A stretch of 64,000 nucleotides of DNA from Anaeromyxobacteraceae bacterium. Its GTDB lineage: Bacteria; Myxococcota; Myxococcia; Myxococcales; Anaeromyxobacteraceae. The notes beneath the pieces are model-generated. The model was not told where the DNA came from. It ran no database searches and saw only the letters and a list, made by a program, of their open reading frames with translations. The stretch is taken from contig JAULAX010000009.1 of the NCBI GenBank assembly GCA_032654565.1, forward strand, positions 32,001 to 96,000. Direction: 5' to 3'. A program made the translations under genes and the position numbers. Of this stretch, positions 49,001 to 58,735 are shown piece by piece; within the stretch, counting starts at the first letter, position 1; each line of letters starts with the position of its first letter.

Positions 49001-49030
49001 CGCGGTGGGGACGACGACGAGGGCGGGCAC
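46007..49030 (-). CDS. addB: helicase/nuclease subunit B (PD-(D/E)XK nuclease with Fe-S cysteines)
   Basis: LDGFTSLSP, ARCPFRF, GRIDRVD, IDYKSG, QVPLY, CARCELGAVC; overlaps addA start. Confidence 0.87.
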   Translation of the reverse strand: MPALVVVPTALQATRAARRLCDAGGGLLFGPTVTTLDALVTRALAAAGDGRAVLSPLGERLLAVAAGDEAGGALAGLRPESGLAGALAATLSELRRGEVPVGAARLAAGSLGGAAAERLGTLARALEAFEARLDRLGLLDGPGAARAAAAAVRRGVPLDDGDELELLLLDGFTSLSPAEWSLVEALAARAARSRFQLPAFADAPALSAAAEPLLRRVEALHELSGRRQLEVSLDRVDDPARAARPAALLSALAGAPPGPALLEGELLALAGAGEEGEAALAARTAADLIAAGVPPAELLVFAPSPRRSAPRLAAAFAAQGVPFATGRSGALAESPVVAVVLAALGVAGGTRDRRTLERLAASSYLVTSGLGPGLGRWLDAAGALDGRGDPESSLRRRGEALSGPRAVREREALGRAADGLASLVARLRPLSTDATASAHASRLTDYLEASGLRRRAGQGEAETATRDLAALATLEETADQLVRALTMLGRSGERLAAPDWQRLLALAVDGASLRGGREPFGGAVELAAFAEAPGSSARAAILVGCGAGAVPAPAAAEPLLREPERQAVNGLLRRGALATGAVRRAESFHQLACAVAAGRERLAVLWPGPGPAGGGEPSPLLAQALAEAGVTLPGPARAPALAEARTDREALLAAAALARGGAGTATLAALAAVGLEGRAAGALAVGAIERERREAVLAGRTGPYAGAIAGAGLEQLHRRLPAEWSAHQLENLARCPFRFLLATGARLREADEAGLDIDAREEGRLLHAVLERWVRGRAGRGAWPPAGGPADRAEARQLAQAVFAEFEADGKVGDPAVWSSRRGAVLARLARVVEAEAGGGDGLAPALLEHQFGGPSATPPLELTADGETIRLQGRIDRVDAAPERLLVIDYKSGGDAGRHRKLLDPEAFGVTSFQVPLYLLAAGRALPGRELAATYLLLGSAERLEAVQGRPDEPALARAVVDAVRRVRAGALPIASRDCARCELGAVCRFQGEAALVGEPEPEVAP

Positions 49031-49096
49031 GCCCGGAATCTAGCGCCCCGCCCTGACGGCTCGAACCGGTCCCGGCCATCTGGCATGATTCGCGCC

Positions 49097-49468
49097 ATGC
49101 ACAAGAGCCGACTCGCCGGCTTCATCATCGACTGTGAAGGTCCCGACCTGGACCGGGCCGTCCGCTTCTGGAGCGGCGCGCTCGGCATGCGAACGTTGGG
49201 GCGGGAGGGCGACCGCTACGAGCCGCTCGACGCCGCGGCCCGCGATCTCTACCTCGAGGTCCAGCGGGTGGAGCACCCGAGCCGGGTGCACCTCGACATC
49301 GAGACCGACGACCTCGACGCCGAGGTGGCGCGACTGGTGGCCCTGGGGGCGCGGAGGGTGGCCGCGGTGGAGCGCTGGGTGGTGATGGAGGCGCCCACCG
49401 GCCAGCGATTCTGCGTGGTGCGGCACCACGGCTGGGAGGGCAAGGCCGGCGTCAACGAGTGGCCGTAG
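49097..49468 (+). CDS. VOC/glyoxalase-like protein
   Basis: FIIDC, FWSGALG, SRVHLDIETDD, WVVMEAPTGQRFCVV. Confidence 0.9.
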   Translation: MHKSRLAGFIIDCEGPDLDRAVRFWSGALGMRTLGREGDRYEPLDAAARDLYLEVQRVEHPSRVHLDIETDDLDAEVARLVALGARRVAAVERWVVMEAPTGQRFCVVRHHGWEGKAGVNEWP

Positions 49469-49498
49469 CCACGACCCGTGGCGACGCCCGGCGACGCA

Positions 49499-49927
49499 TC
49501 AGCCCGGGCCGGCCGCTGCACCGGATCGCGTGCGCGGAGACCGCAGCTGCCGCTCGCGGAGCAGTCCACCCAGCCAGCACTGCGGGAGCGCCAGCACCAC
49601 CAGCGCGATGGGGTACCAGCGGGGCCCGAGCCCCAGATTCCAGGTCGCCACGACGCCGACCAGCCCGAGGCCGACGCCCAGGACGCCGAGGATCATGGCG
49701 TGCCGCACGGGCCGATCGGGTGCCAGCCGGGCCGTGAGCCAGGCGCCGCCGACGCTGATGACGATCCGGTAGGCGGTCGCCAGCGCCGCCAGGCCGTCGT
49801 CCAAGGGCTGGTCCATGGGCGGATAGACACCGACGACGTGGAGCAGGATGTCAACGACCGTGGTGACGGCGACGATGGTCACCAGGCCGGCAGCGACGGC
49901 GGCGACGGACTTCCAGGCTGGCTTCAT
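49499..49927 (-). CDS. hypothetical 4-TM membrane protein
   Basis: Four hydrophobic helices; GGAWLTARLAPDRP..HA; GPRWYP. Confidence 0.8.
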   Translation of the reverse strand: MKPAWKSVAAVAAGLVTIVAVTTVVDILLHVVGVYPPMDQPLDDGLAALATAYRIVISVGGAWLTARLAPDRPVRHAMILGVLGVGLGLVGVVATWNLGLGPRWYPIALVVLALPQCWLGGLLRERQLRSPRTRSGAAAGPG

Positions 49928-50141
49928 GTCGGGATCCTTCGAACCACCTGGAGCCAGCCATGCAGCGGATGCGCGGCGGCCCCCAGTGGCCCCTTGATTG
50001 TTTGACCCGTCTCAGCTCCGCCCTCCCGGGCCCCGCCCGGCCCGGCGACAGCTGCCTGCCTGGCACTCGCGACCACCATTCGATCTCCGAGGGCGCCTCG
50101 AGCTGGCGTGACTTGTCCCGCTCCCGCGCCGGCGGCGTCGG

Positions 50142-50594
50142 CTACTTCCCCTGGTAGGCGGCCTTGAGCTTCGCCACGTCGAGCTTCCCCATCGTCAACA
50201 TCGCCGCCATGGCCCGCTGCGCCCCGGCCTTGTCGGCACCGCCCAGGCACGCACCGAGCGCGCGGGGAACCACCTGCCAGCTCAGGCCCCAGCGGTCCTT
50301 GAGCCATCCGCACCTGCCGGGCTGGCCGCCTTCGCCCAGCTTGCGCCAGTAGGCGTCCACCTCGCGCTGGTCCTTGCAGTCCACCATGAGGGAGATCGCC
50401 TCCGTGAACTTGAAGTGCGGGCCGCCGTTGAGCGCGATGAAGGGCTGGCCCTCGAGCTGGAAGGTGACCGACATCGGCGACACGCTGGTCACCCGGGAGC
50501 CCTTCTTGAAGACGGAGACGTAGAAGCGGGCGGCCTCCTCGGCCTGCCCGTCGTACCAGAGGAAGGGTGTGACGCGGTGGATGGTGGTGGTCAT
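50142..50594 (-). CDS. VOC protein (PhnB / 3-demethylubiquinone-9 methyltransferase-like family)
   Basis: TPFLWYDGQAEEAA, ALNGGP.FKFTEAIS, CGWLKDRWGLSWQVVP; AAGGAG RBS. Confidence 0.93.
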   Translation of the reverse strand: MTTTIHRVTPFLWYDGQAEEAARFYVSVFKKGSRVTSVSPMSVTFQLEGQPFIALNGGPHFKFTEAISLMVDCKDQREVDAYWRKLGEGGQPGRCGWLKDRWGLSWQVVPRALGACLGGADKAGAQRAMAAMLTMGKLDVAKLKAAYQGK

Positions 50595-50658
50595 GGACGG
50601 CTCCTTGTGGAGAGAGGTGCTTCCAGGCTGGCGCGGGCCGCGCCGAGGCACCCCGGCT

Positions 50659-51030
50659 TCATCTCGCCCTCCGGCGTGCCGCGGCGCTCGGGCTGCCGCG
50701 GCGGTGGTGCCCAGCAGGGAAGTGCTTCAACCTCACCTCCCAGATGCGAGCGTAGGCCTCCATCCATTCCGCCGCCTTCTGGAAGGGGCCGAGCTCGAGG
50801 TGACGGGGCCCCAGGCGGTTCCCCGGACCCTTCCTGACCAGACCGGCGGCCTCCAGCACCTTGAGGTGCTTCGAGACGGCGGGCTGGCTCATCGAGTAGG
50901 GCGCGGCCAGGCTGCTCACCGATGCTGGCCCCAGGCTGAGCTGCTCCAGGATCGAGCGCCGGGTCGGATCGGCCAGCGCCGCCAGGGTTCGGCTGAGCAC
51001 GTCCTCCGGTGCGGGGCTGGTCCCTGTCAT
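50659..51030 (-). CDS. ArsR/SmtB family transcriptional regulator
   Basis: ALADPTRRSIL, SQPAVSKHLKVLEAAGLV. Confidence 0.9.
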   Translation of the reverse strand: MTGTSPAPEDVLSRTLAALADPTRRSILEQLSLGPASVSSLAAPYSMSQPAVSKHLKVLEAAGLVRKGPGNRLGPRHLELGPFQKAAEWMEAYARIWEVRLKHFPAGHHRRGSPSAAARRRAR

Positions 51031-51045
51031 AACTCATGGGTTATG
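51028..51045. promoter_or_regulatory. palindrome CATAAC-N6-GTTATG, probable ArsR auto-operator
   Basis: AT-rich inverted repeat overlapping the regulator's start codon. Confidence 0.6.
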
Positions 51046-51314
51046 TACTTCGGGCCCCGCACCTTCAAGTGAATCGTCGAGCTCCGTCGGGGGCGGCCCC
51101 ACCGGGCCTCCGGGCCCTCGACCAGTCCGTCCCATCCCTGGTCGGCTGCCCGGAGGGAGGCCCGCGCCGCCTCGACCACCCCCGCCGGCAGCGCCGCCCC
51201 GAGCCCGGCCTGGTCGCAGAGGTTGACCGGGCACTCCACGGCGCCGAAGCGCCGTCGCGTCTCCAACTGCACCTCGGCGCGGCCCGCCAGCGGGCCGCCT
51301 TCCCCCGGCCGGCG

Positions 51315-51707
51315 CTACTCCTCGCGGTAGCTGGCCAGCGAGCCCTCGTTCTCCCAGACGTCGACCCGGGAGACCGTGACCCGGCCCCCCTGGGCGGCGG
51401 CCAGCCGGGCCGCCATCTCCTGGTGGAAGAAGCGGGCGATCAGCTCGGCGGTGGTGTTGAGCTCGTCGAAGGGGGGGATCTCGTTGACGTTGCGGTGGTC
51501 GAAGCGGGCGCCGATCTCGGCCACCATCTTCTGCAGGTCGGCGAAGTCGATGACCATGCCGATCTTGTCGAGCACCGCGGCCCGGACGAAGACCCGGATC
51601 CGCCAGTTGTGGCCGTGCAGCCGCTCGCACTTGCCGCCGTGGAGGCGGATCTGGTGCGCCGCGGAGAAGAGGAAGTCCTTCGAGATCTCGAACACCGGTG
51701 AGCCCAT
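51315..51707 (-). CDS. queD: 6-carboxy-5,6,7,8-tetrahydropterin synthase
   Basis: FSAAH, CERLHGHN, GMVIDF, FDH..VN, TTAE.IA, VWEN. Confidence 0.93.
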   Translation of the reverse strand: MGSPVFEISKDFLFSAAHQIRLHGGKCERLHGHNWRIRVFVRAAVLDKIGMVIDFADLQKMVAEIGARFDHRNVNEIPPFDELNTTAELIARFFHQEMAARLAAAQGGRVTVSRVDVWENEGSLASYREE

Positions 51708-51788
51708 GGCGCCGGGCGATATAGCAGAACCGCCGCCGCCGCGCACCCCGTGATGGGCCGGGCCGCGGCGGGGACCGCGGGGGAGCGC

Positions 51789-52478
51789 TCAGCCCCGCCG
51801 CAGCAGCCGGTGGCGGACCAGCAGCCGCCGCCCGGTCAGCACCACGTCCCCCCGCCGCGCCAGCTCGGAGAGGGCGCGGGAGACGGTCTCGCGGCTGGTG
51901 CCGATCATCCCGGCGATCTCCGCCTGGGTGGGGCGCTGGCGCAGCACCCGCCCCTCCGGCGCCGGCTCCCCGTCGGCCAGCGCCAGCTCGCGCAGCCGGG
52001 CCGCCAGCCGCCCCAGCACGTCGAGCAGCGCCAGGTCGCCGATGACGGCGTCGGCGCGCCGCAGCCGGCGGGAGAGCTCGGTCATCACCTGCACCGCCAC
52101 CCTCGGGTGGCGGGCCAGGTGGGCGCGGAAGTCGGCGCGGGAGAGCACCACCAGCGTGGAGGGCTCCAGGGCCACCACCGTGGCCGAGCGGGGCTCGTCG
52201 TCGAGCAGGCTCATCTCCCCGAAGAAGTCGCCGGGCTCCTTGAAGATGGAGAGGATCACCTCGCGCCCCGACTCGCCGTAGAGCACCACCTTGACCCGGC
52301 CGCGGAGCAGCACGTAGAGGGCGTCGCCCGGCTCCGCCTCGGAGACGATCACCTCACCCTCGGCGTAGGCGCGGCGGCGGGCCAGCCGCTCCAGCCCGGC
52401 GGCGGCGGCGTCGTCCAGCTCGGCCAGGATGGAGACCGAGCGGAGCAGCCCGGGCGGCGCGCGGTCGGAGTCGGCCAT
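51789..52478 (-). CDS. Crp/Fnr family transcriptional regulator
   Basis: cNMP domain GDFFGEMSLLDDEPRSA; HTH TQAEIAGMIGTSRETVSR. Confidence 0.95.
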   Translation of the reverse strand: MADSDRAPPGLLRSVSILAELDDAAAAGLERLARRRAYAEGEVIVSEAEPGDALYVLLRGRVKVVLYGESGREVILSIFKEPGDFFGEMSLLDDEPRSATVVALEPSTLVVLSRADFRAHLARHPRVAVQVMTELSRRLRRADAVIGDLALLDVLGRLAARLRELALADGEPAPEGRVLRQRPTQAEIAGMIGTSRETVSRALSELARRGDVVLTGRRLLVRHRLLRRG

Positions 52479-52510
52479 GGCGCGAACCGTAGGAGGCGCG
52501 CCCCGGCCGG

Positions 52511-53128
52511 TCAAGCGAAGGGGGCCAGCAGGGCCCGCACTGCCGCGGCCGGGTCCGGCCCGGTCAGCCAGGCCCGGATGGCCGCCACCCCGGCGGCGCC
52601 CGCCTCGACCGCCAGCGGCGCCAGCGCCGGCTCCACGCCGCCGAGCGCCACCAGCGGCAGGCCGAGCCGGCAGGCCTGGCGGAGCGGCTCCACCCCGAGC
52701 GGCGGGCCGTACCCGGCCTTGGAGGGCGTGGCCCAGACCGGGCCGAAGCTGGCGTAGTCGGCGCCCCCGTCGCGCGCCCGGGCCACCTCGGCGGCGGAGT
52801 GGCAGGAGACCCCGACCAGCGCCCCGGGGCCGAGCAGCCGGCGCGCCTCGGCCGGCCCGACCGCGCGGGCCGGCAGGTGGACCCCGTCGGCGCCGCAGGC
52901 CAGCGCCACGTCGAGCCGCTCGTTGACCAGCAGCCGCTGCCCGTGGGCGCGGCAGACCCGGACCAGCGCCACGCCCAGCGCCAGCAGCGCCCCACCCGCC
53001 AGCCCCTTCTCGCGCAGGTGCACCGCCACCCGCCCCGGCGCCAGGCCGCGCAGGACCCGGTCGAGGTGGGCCGGGAGGTCGGCCACCAGCGCGCCGTCGG
53101 TGACCAGGTGGACAACGGGGGGTCGCAT
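52511..53128 (-). CDS. thiE: thiamine-phosphate synthase (ThiE/TenI family)
   Basis: HLREK, LVNERLDVA, ADGVHL, GVSCHS, FGPVWATPSK, ALGGV. Confidence 0.88.
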   Translation of the reverse strand: MRPPVVHLVTDGALVADLPAHLDRVLRGLAPGRVAVHLREKGLAGGALLALGVALVRVCRAHGQRLLVNERLDVALACGADGVHLPARAVGPAEARRLLGPGALVGVSCHSAAEVARARDGGADYASFGPVWATPSKAGYGPPLGVEPLRQACRLGLPLVALGGVEPALAPLAVEAGAAGVAAIRAWLTGPDPAAAVRALLAPFA

Positions 53129-53165
53129 GATTAACGTCCGGCCATCTTCTCGTCAGGAGCCGGAC

Positions 53166-53972
53166 GTGTCGAGCCCGCTGGACCGCCTCATCGAGTTCCT
53201 GGAGACCCAGCGCCGCCTCCACGGGCCGCGGTTCCCCGAGGTGCGCGCCGACAAGGTGCTCACCTTCATGGGGACCAGCAGCCTGGCCGGCACCCACCCC
53301 ACCGTCTCGCTCCACCGGGTCGGCGGCGTCGAGGCCGGCGACGCACCGGGCGCGCTGCGGGTGCGGCTGGCGGGGCGGCTCCCCCGCGGCCCGCGGGCCG
53401 GGGAGTGCCTCTCCGTCCACCTCTCCCGGCTGGAGCAGTACCGCGGCTTCCAGGTGAAGACCCTGCCGCTCCCCCCCGGCGGCGCCGAGGCCGACCTGCT
53501 CACCGAGGAGGGCGACCTCCTCACCGTGAACGGCCGCCGCATCTACACCGTCCACCACAGCCCGTACACGCTCCGCTTCTTCGAGGAGATCCCGGTCGAC
53601 GAGGTGCGCGAGGTGGCCGCCGGCCTCCCCTTCGCGCTGGTGGCGGTGGCCGAGACCGCCAACCTCTCGCCGCGCTTCGTCTTCCACCACGAGGTGCGCG
53701 ACGGCCGGCTGGCGCTCTTCCACGGCGACGGCCTGGCGCTGAAGACGGCCATGAACCTGCGCACCAACGCCGAGGAGACCCGGGTGGTGCTCGACCTCGA
53801 CCAGCCGGGCGGCTGGCAGCTGCGCGGGACGGTGCTGCCGGTGCGCCAGCAGGAGCACCCGCTGGCCTGGGAGAAGGTCCACGCCGGGTTCCAGGGTGGC
53901 GGCTGGGGCCGGCCGTCGAAGGTCTACCGCTTCGTCGCCGAGGCGCTGGAGCCCATCGCCTTCGCCGGCTGA
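53166..53972 (+). CDS. hypothetical protein, probable split-barrel (pyridoxamine oxidase-like) domains
   Basis: CAGGAG RBS; ANLSPRF, KTAMNLRTN, GWQLRG and GFQVK motifs resemble FMN split barrels. Confidence 0.65.
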   Translation: MSSPLDRLIEFLETQRRLHGPRFPEVRADKVLTFMGTSSLAGTHPTVSLHRVGGVEAGDAPGALRVRLAGRLPRGPRAGECLSVHLSRLEQYRGFQVKTLPLPPGGAEADLLTEEGDLLTVNGRRIYTVHHSPYTLRFFEEIPVDEVREVAAGLPFALVAVAETANLSPRFVFHHEVRDGRLALFHGDGLALKTAMNLRTNAEETRVVLDLDQPGGWQLRGTVLPVRQQEHPLAWEKVHAGFQGGGWGRPSKVYRFVAEALEPIAFAG

Positions 53973-54019
53973 GCCGCCGCGGCGGCGCCACGCCGTCCGG
54001 GACCGGACCGGCCCCGCCG

Positions 54020-54793
<774 letters not shown>

Positions 54794-54795
54794 GG

Positions 54796-55002
54796 CTACC
54801 CTCCCCCCACGAAGGCGACGATCTCGACCGAGTCGCCCGACGAGAGCCGGTGCGTCGCGTACCGGTCCTTGGTCACCACCGCCTCGTTCACCTCGACCGC
54901 CACGCGCACCGCCTTGACGCCGAGGTGGGCCAGCAGCCCCGCCACCGTCAGCGCCTCGGGCAGCTCGCGCGGCTCGCCGTTCAACCGGACCTGGATCGCC
55001 AT
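54796..55002 (-). CDS. thiS: sulfur carrier protein
   Basis: LNGE, VAVEVN, C-terminal EIVAFVGGG. Confidence 0.96.
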   Translation of the reverse strand: MAIQVRLNGEPRELPEALTVAGLLAHLGVKAVRVAVEVNEAVVTKDRYATHRLSSGDSVEIVAFVGGG

Positions 55003-55058
55003 GAGTGGCGCGATTCTCGCCTCGGGCCGCGGGGCGCGTCAAACCGGGCGGGCGGTGA

Positions 55059-55097
55059 AATGAAACCGCGCCCCCCGGGACCAACCCGGGGGGCGCG
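55059..55097 (-). terminator. intrinsic terminator
   Basis: cgcgccccccggg / cccggggggcgcg stem followed by gtttcattt on the minus strand. Confidence 0.7.
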
Positions 55098-55141
55098 CTC
55101 GGCCGGTCGGGGGAGGCCGACCGAGGGGAGAGCAACGCGAG

Positions 55142-56557
55142 CTAGCGGACGATCACCTCCAGCGACAGCCAGACCCGCGGGTCCTCGCGGGTCACCACGA
55201 CGGTGGCCCGGCCCGGGGCGACGGCCTGCACCAGCCCGGGGTGGTGGGGATCGAGGGTGACGACGCCGGGGGAGTAGCTCACCCAGCTGACCAGGTTGGA
55301 GGCGTCCCCGGTGGTGCCGTCGGTGTAGGTGACGGTGGCGGAGACCTGCAGCTGGTCACCGACGGAGAGGACCGGGACCTGCGGCTTCTTGCCGTAGTCG
55401 AGCCGCCAGGACTTCACCGCCGGGGCCCCGACCTGGACCAGCGCGCTGGCCATCAGGCCGGTGCCGGGGAGCTGGGCGGTGACCACCGACTGCTGGCCGC
55501 GGACCAGGCCCCAGGCATGGCCGGCGTCATCGGCCAGGTTGGACACCTGGACGGCCAGCGGCGACAGCGAGAGCCAGGTGACCTGGTCGGTGACGTCGCC
55601 CACCGAGCCGTCGGAGTAGGTGCCCAGCGCGGTGAGGGAGGCGAAGGCGCCGAGGGGCGCGGTGGCCTGCGGCGGCGAGAGGGCCAGCCCCACCAGCTCG
55701 GCGGGGGTCACGGTCACGTCGAGCCCGGCGCGCTGCCCCTGGTAGCTGGCCTCGAGCCGGGCGCTGCCGAGCTCCAGGCCGCGGACGGCGCCGCCCTCCA
55801 CCCGGGCCACCTCCTCGGCGTCGCTGCTCCAGGTGGCGTCGGCGCTGACGTCGACGTCGGAGCCGTCGGTGAAGGTGGCGCGGGCGGTGACGCCGGCGCG
55901 GGCGCCGCGGGGGAGCGCCGCGAGATCTCGGGCCGTGGCCAGCCGCAGCGAGAGGGGCGCGGCGTCGGTGACCTCGAGGTCGGCGGAGGCCTGCATCCCG
56001 TTGAAGCGGGCGCTGAGCCGGGCCGGCCCCTTCGCCGAGGCGCGGGCCAGGCCGGCGGACTCGACCACCAGGCCGCCGAGGGGGGTCGACCAGGCCACCT
56101 GGCCGGTCAGGTCCACCACGGTGTCGTCGGTGAAGCGCCCCGTGGCCACGGCGGTCACGGCGGCGCCCAGCGGCACCCGCAGCAGGCCGGGCACCACCTC
56201 GAGGGAGGCCAGGGTGGCGGCGGTGACGGTGAGGCCGGCCTCGGCGGTCTGGCCCTGCAGCGAGGCCGTCACCCGGGTGGTGCCGGCGGCGGCGCCGTGG
56301 ACCAGGCCGCCGGCGTCGACGGTGGCGACGGACCCGTCGACCACGGCCCAGCTCACCTCGGCGGAGAGGTCCCGGGTGTGGCCGTCCTGGTAGACGGCGG
56401 TGGCGGTGAGCTGCTGCTGCTGGCCGGCCGCGAGGCTCGCGGTGGGCGGCGACACCTGCAGCTGGACCACCAGCGTCGGGGAGAGGCGCAGCTCGCTCCC
56501 GCAGGCCGCCGTCAGCAGCGCCATCACCGTCAACATCCCCTGGGTGGTCTTCGTCAT
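55142..56557 (-). CDS. lipoprotein with five tandem bacterial Ig-like (Big_2) domains
   Basis: Lipobox LTAAC; repeats of ATA.Y.DG...D.S..V.W.S....VA.V..G.V.G...G.....A. Confidence 0.9.
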   Translation of the reverse strand: MTKTTQGMLTVMALLTAACGSELRLSPTLVVQLQVSPPTASLAAGQQQQLTATAVYQDGHTRDLSAEVSWAVVDGSVATVDAGGLVHGAAAGTTRVTASLQGQTAEAGLTVTAATLASLEVVPGLLRVPLGAAVTAVATGRFTDDTVVDLTGQVAWSTPLGGLVVESAGLARASAKGPARLSARFNGMQASADLEVTDAAPLSLRLATARDLAALPRGARAGVTARATFTDGSDVDVSADATWSSDAEEVARVEGGAVRGLELGSARLEASYQGQRAGLDVTVTPAELVGLALSPPQATAPLGAFASLTALGTYSDGSVGDVTDQVTWLSLSPLAVQVSNLADDAGHAWGLVRGQQSVVTAQLPGTGLMASALVQVGAPAVKSWRLDYGKKPQVPVLSVGDQLQVSATVTYTDGTTGDASNLVSWVSYSPGVVTLDPHHPGLVQAVAPGRATVVVTREDPRVWLSLEVIVR

Positions 56558-56627
56558 GGTCCGCTCTCCCTGGCGCTGCAAGCCGTTTCGACCGCGGGGC
56601 GCCCCGGCGCCCTCGTCCAGGTTCCAA

Positions 56628-56643
56628 TGCGGCAATCGTGCCG
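56628..56643 (-). promoter_or_regulatory. putative sigma54 -24/-12 promoter
   Basis: Minus strand CGGCACGATTGCCGCA = GG-N10-GC, about 70 nt before the Ig gene ATG. Confidence 0.5.
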
Positions 56644-56863
56644 GGCGACCGGCGGCTCCCCTCGACGGTGGGTGCGATACGCGGAAACGGCGGCCACTCC
56701 TGCCGATCCGAAGCGGGAGCCGCGGCGGCGCAGCGCCCGCGTTCGCCGGTGGCCGGACAACCCGGGTGCACCGGACCCGCCCAGCCGCGCGCCGCGGAGG
56801 TGGTGACGCCGGCGCCATCATCCGACCTCGGCGCCGTTCGCCTACCCCGGCTATGCTGCCGCC

Positions 56864-57139
56864 ATGGACCTGCCCGGGGCCCCGCCCGCCCGCTTCCAGT
56901 ATCCGGTCGAGTACCCGATCGTGATCATCGGCCTGGCCGGCGACGACTTCCCCGAGCACGCCCGCCGCCTGGTGGAGCGGGTGGTGGGGGCGGCGCCGGC
57001 GGAGCGGGTCACGGTCCGCGCCAGCGCCGGCGGGAAGTACCACTCGGTCACCGTGCTGGTGACGCTCACCAGCGAGCCGCAGCGGCTGGCGCTCTACGAC
57101 GCCCTGCGCGCCGACCGGCGCGTCGTCCACGCGCTCTGA
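56864..57139 (+). CDS. YbeD/DUF493 family protein
   Basis: YPVEYPI.IIG, SAGGKYHSVTV, LYDALR...RV. Confidence 0.9.
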   Translation: MDLPGAPPARFQYPVEYPIVIIGLAGDDFPEHARRLVERVVGAAPAERVTVRASAGGKYHSVTVLVTLTSEPQRLALYDALRADRRVVHAL

Positions 57140-57191
57140 GGAGCCCCGCCTGCCCCGCGACCTGACCATCGGCCCGCTCGCCCTCGGCGGG

Positions 57192-58100
57192 ATGATCGAC
57201 CGGGCCGTGGCCGCCGCCCGCCTCCACTTCCGGACGCTCTTCGTGGCCATGCTGCTGGTGCAGGCGCCGGCCCTGGTGCTGGCCCGGCTGGCCTCGGCGC
57301 AGGCGCCCGGGCTGCTGATGACCGGCACCGATCCCCGGCTGGCCGCGGAGCGGGCCCCGGCGGCCCTGGCCGCCGCCGGCGGGCTGCTGCTGGCCCTCTT
57401 CCTCCTCCAGGGCGTGGCCCTGGCCATCACCGCGGTCATCCTGGCGCCGTCGCTGGCGCCCGCCGCCCTCGCCCCGGCGGGGAGCCCTTCCTGGGGCTGG
57501 GCCCGCCGGCTGGTGAGCGCCGCCGGCGTCGGCCTGGCCCAGCAGCTGGTCCTGCTGCTGGGGCTCGGGCTGGGCACGCTCCCGGGGCTGCTGCTGCTGC
57601 TCTCGGCCCGCTCCGGCGCCACCGCCGTGGTCGGGGTCGCCGGCGCCGCCCTGGGCGGCCTGGCCCTCTTCCTGGTCGCCCTGCTCCGCACCATCCTGGC
57701 GCCGGTGGTGGTGGCGGTGGAGGGGCTCGGCCCCTGGGGCGCGCTGCGCCGGTCGGTCCGGCTGATGGCCCCCCGCCCCGGACAGCCGGTGCTGGAGCGG
57801 CCCGGGGTGCGCGCCTCGCTGCTGATCCTGGTCACCTTCACCCTGATGCTGGCCGTCAACGGCCTGGCCGGCCTGCCCCGGGCGGTGGCCGGGAGCCTGG
57901 CCGGCGGCGGCGCCCTCCCCTTCCTGCCCGGCGGGCTGCCCCTCCCCGTGGAGCTGGGGCTCTCGCTCTTCGAGCTGGCGGCGGGTGCGGCGCTGCAGCC
58001 ATTTTCACTCGCCGTCACGGTGGTCTTCTACTTCGAGCGGCGGGCCCGCGCCGAGGGGCTCGACCTGCTGGCCTGGGCGACCCGGCTGGAGCGGGCGTGA
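57192..58100 (+). CDS. integral membrane protein of the MoxR cluster (start may lie about 60 nt upstream)
   Basis: IGPLALGGMIDRA, EGLGPWGALRRS, FYFERRARAEGLDL. Confidence 0.8.
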   Translation: MIDRAVAAARLHFRTLFVAMLLVQAPALVLARLASAQAPGLLMTGTDPRLAAERAPAALAAAGGLLLALFLLQGVALAITAVILAPSLAPAALAPAGSPSWGWARRLVSAAGVGLAQQLVLLLGLGLGTLPGLLLLLSARSGATAVVGVAGAALGGLALFLVALLRTILAPVVVAVEGLGPWGALRRSVRLMAPRPGQPVLERPGVRASLLILVTFTLMLAVNGLAGLPRAVAGSLAGGGALPFLPGGLPLPVELGLSLFELAAGAALQPFSLAVTVVFYFERRARAEGLDLLAWATRLERA

Positions 58101-58735
58101 CCGCCGCGCGGCTGGTGGCCAGCCAGGCCGACCGGGCGGCCCTGGCCGAGGTGCTGGCCGACCCCGAGTTCCAGGCCCAGCGCTGGCGCGGCGAGGCCCT
58201 GCGCCAGTGGCTGGCCGGGTGGTGGGAGCGGCTGACCGAGCTGCTCGGCACCACCGAGGCGGAGCGCTGGGCCGACCTGGGGCGGGGGGTCTTCTTCCTC
58301 GCCGTGGCGGCGGCGCTGCTGCTGGCCTGGCGCGCCGCCCGTCGCCGCCGGGCCCGGGCGCCGGACCCGGGGCGGCCCGGCCGCGTCGCCGCCCCGGCCT
58401 CGTCGCCGGCCCGGGCGGTGACCCTGGTCGACGCCGAGCGCGCCCTCTCCGCCGGACAGGCCGCCGAGGCGGTGCGGCTGGCCTTCCTGGCGGCGGTGGG
58501 GGCCGTCCAGCGCCGCCTCCGGGCCGCCGCCGCCGAGTTCCTCACCGGGAGCGAGCTGGCCGAGCGGGTGGCCGACGAGGGGTTCGCGCGGCTGGCCCGG
58601 CTCCACGAGCGGACCGTCTTCGGGCGCCAGCCGGTGACCCGCGAGGAGGCGGCCGCGGCGCTGGCGGTGGCGGCCCGGCTGGTCTCCGGGCCGGGCCCCG
58701 GGCCCACGCCCCCCGGGCGCGAGGTGACCCGGTGA
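58097..58735 (+). CDS. DUF4129-like protein
   Basis: VLADPEF, one TM, EAVRLAF, TGSEL, HERTVFG. Confidence 0.75.
   Translation: MTAARLVASQADRAALAEVLADPEFQAQRWRGEALRQWLAGWWERLTELLGTTEAERWADLGRGVFFLAVAAALLLAWRAARRRRARAPDPGRPGRVAAPASSPARAVTLVDAERALSAGQAAEAVRLAFLAAVGAVQRRLRAAAAEFLTGSELAERVADEGFARLARLHERTVFGRQPVTREEAAAALAVAARLVSGPGPGPTPPGREVTR

Noticed and set aside
51027..51272. 81-aa ORF between queD and ArsR
   Set aside because: No recognisable motif or convincing start; cannot be supported as a gene.
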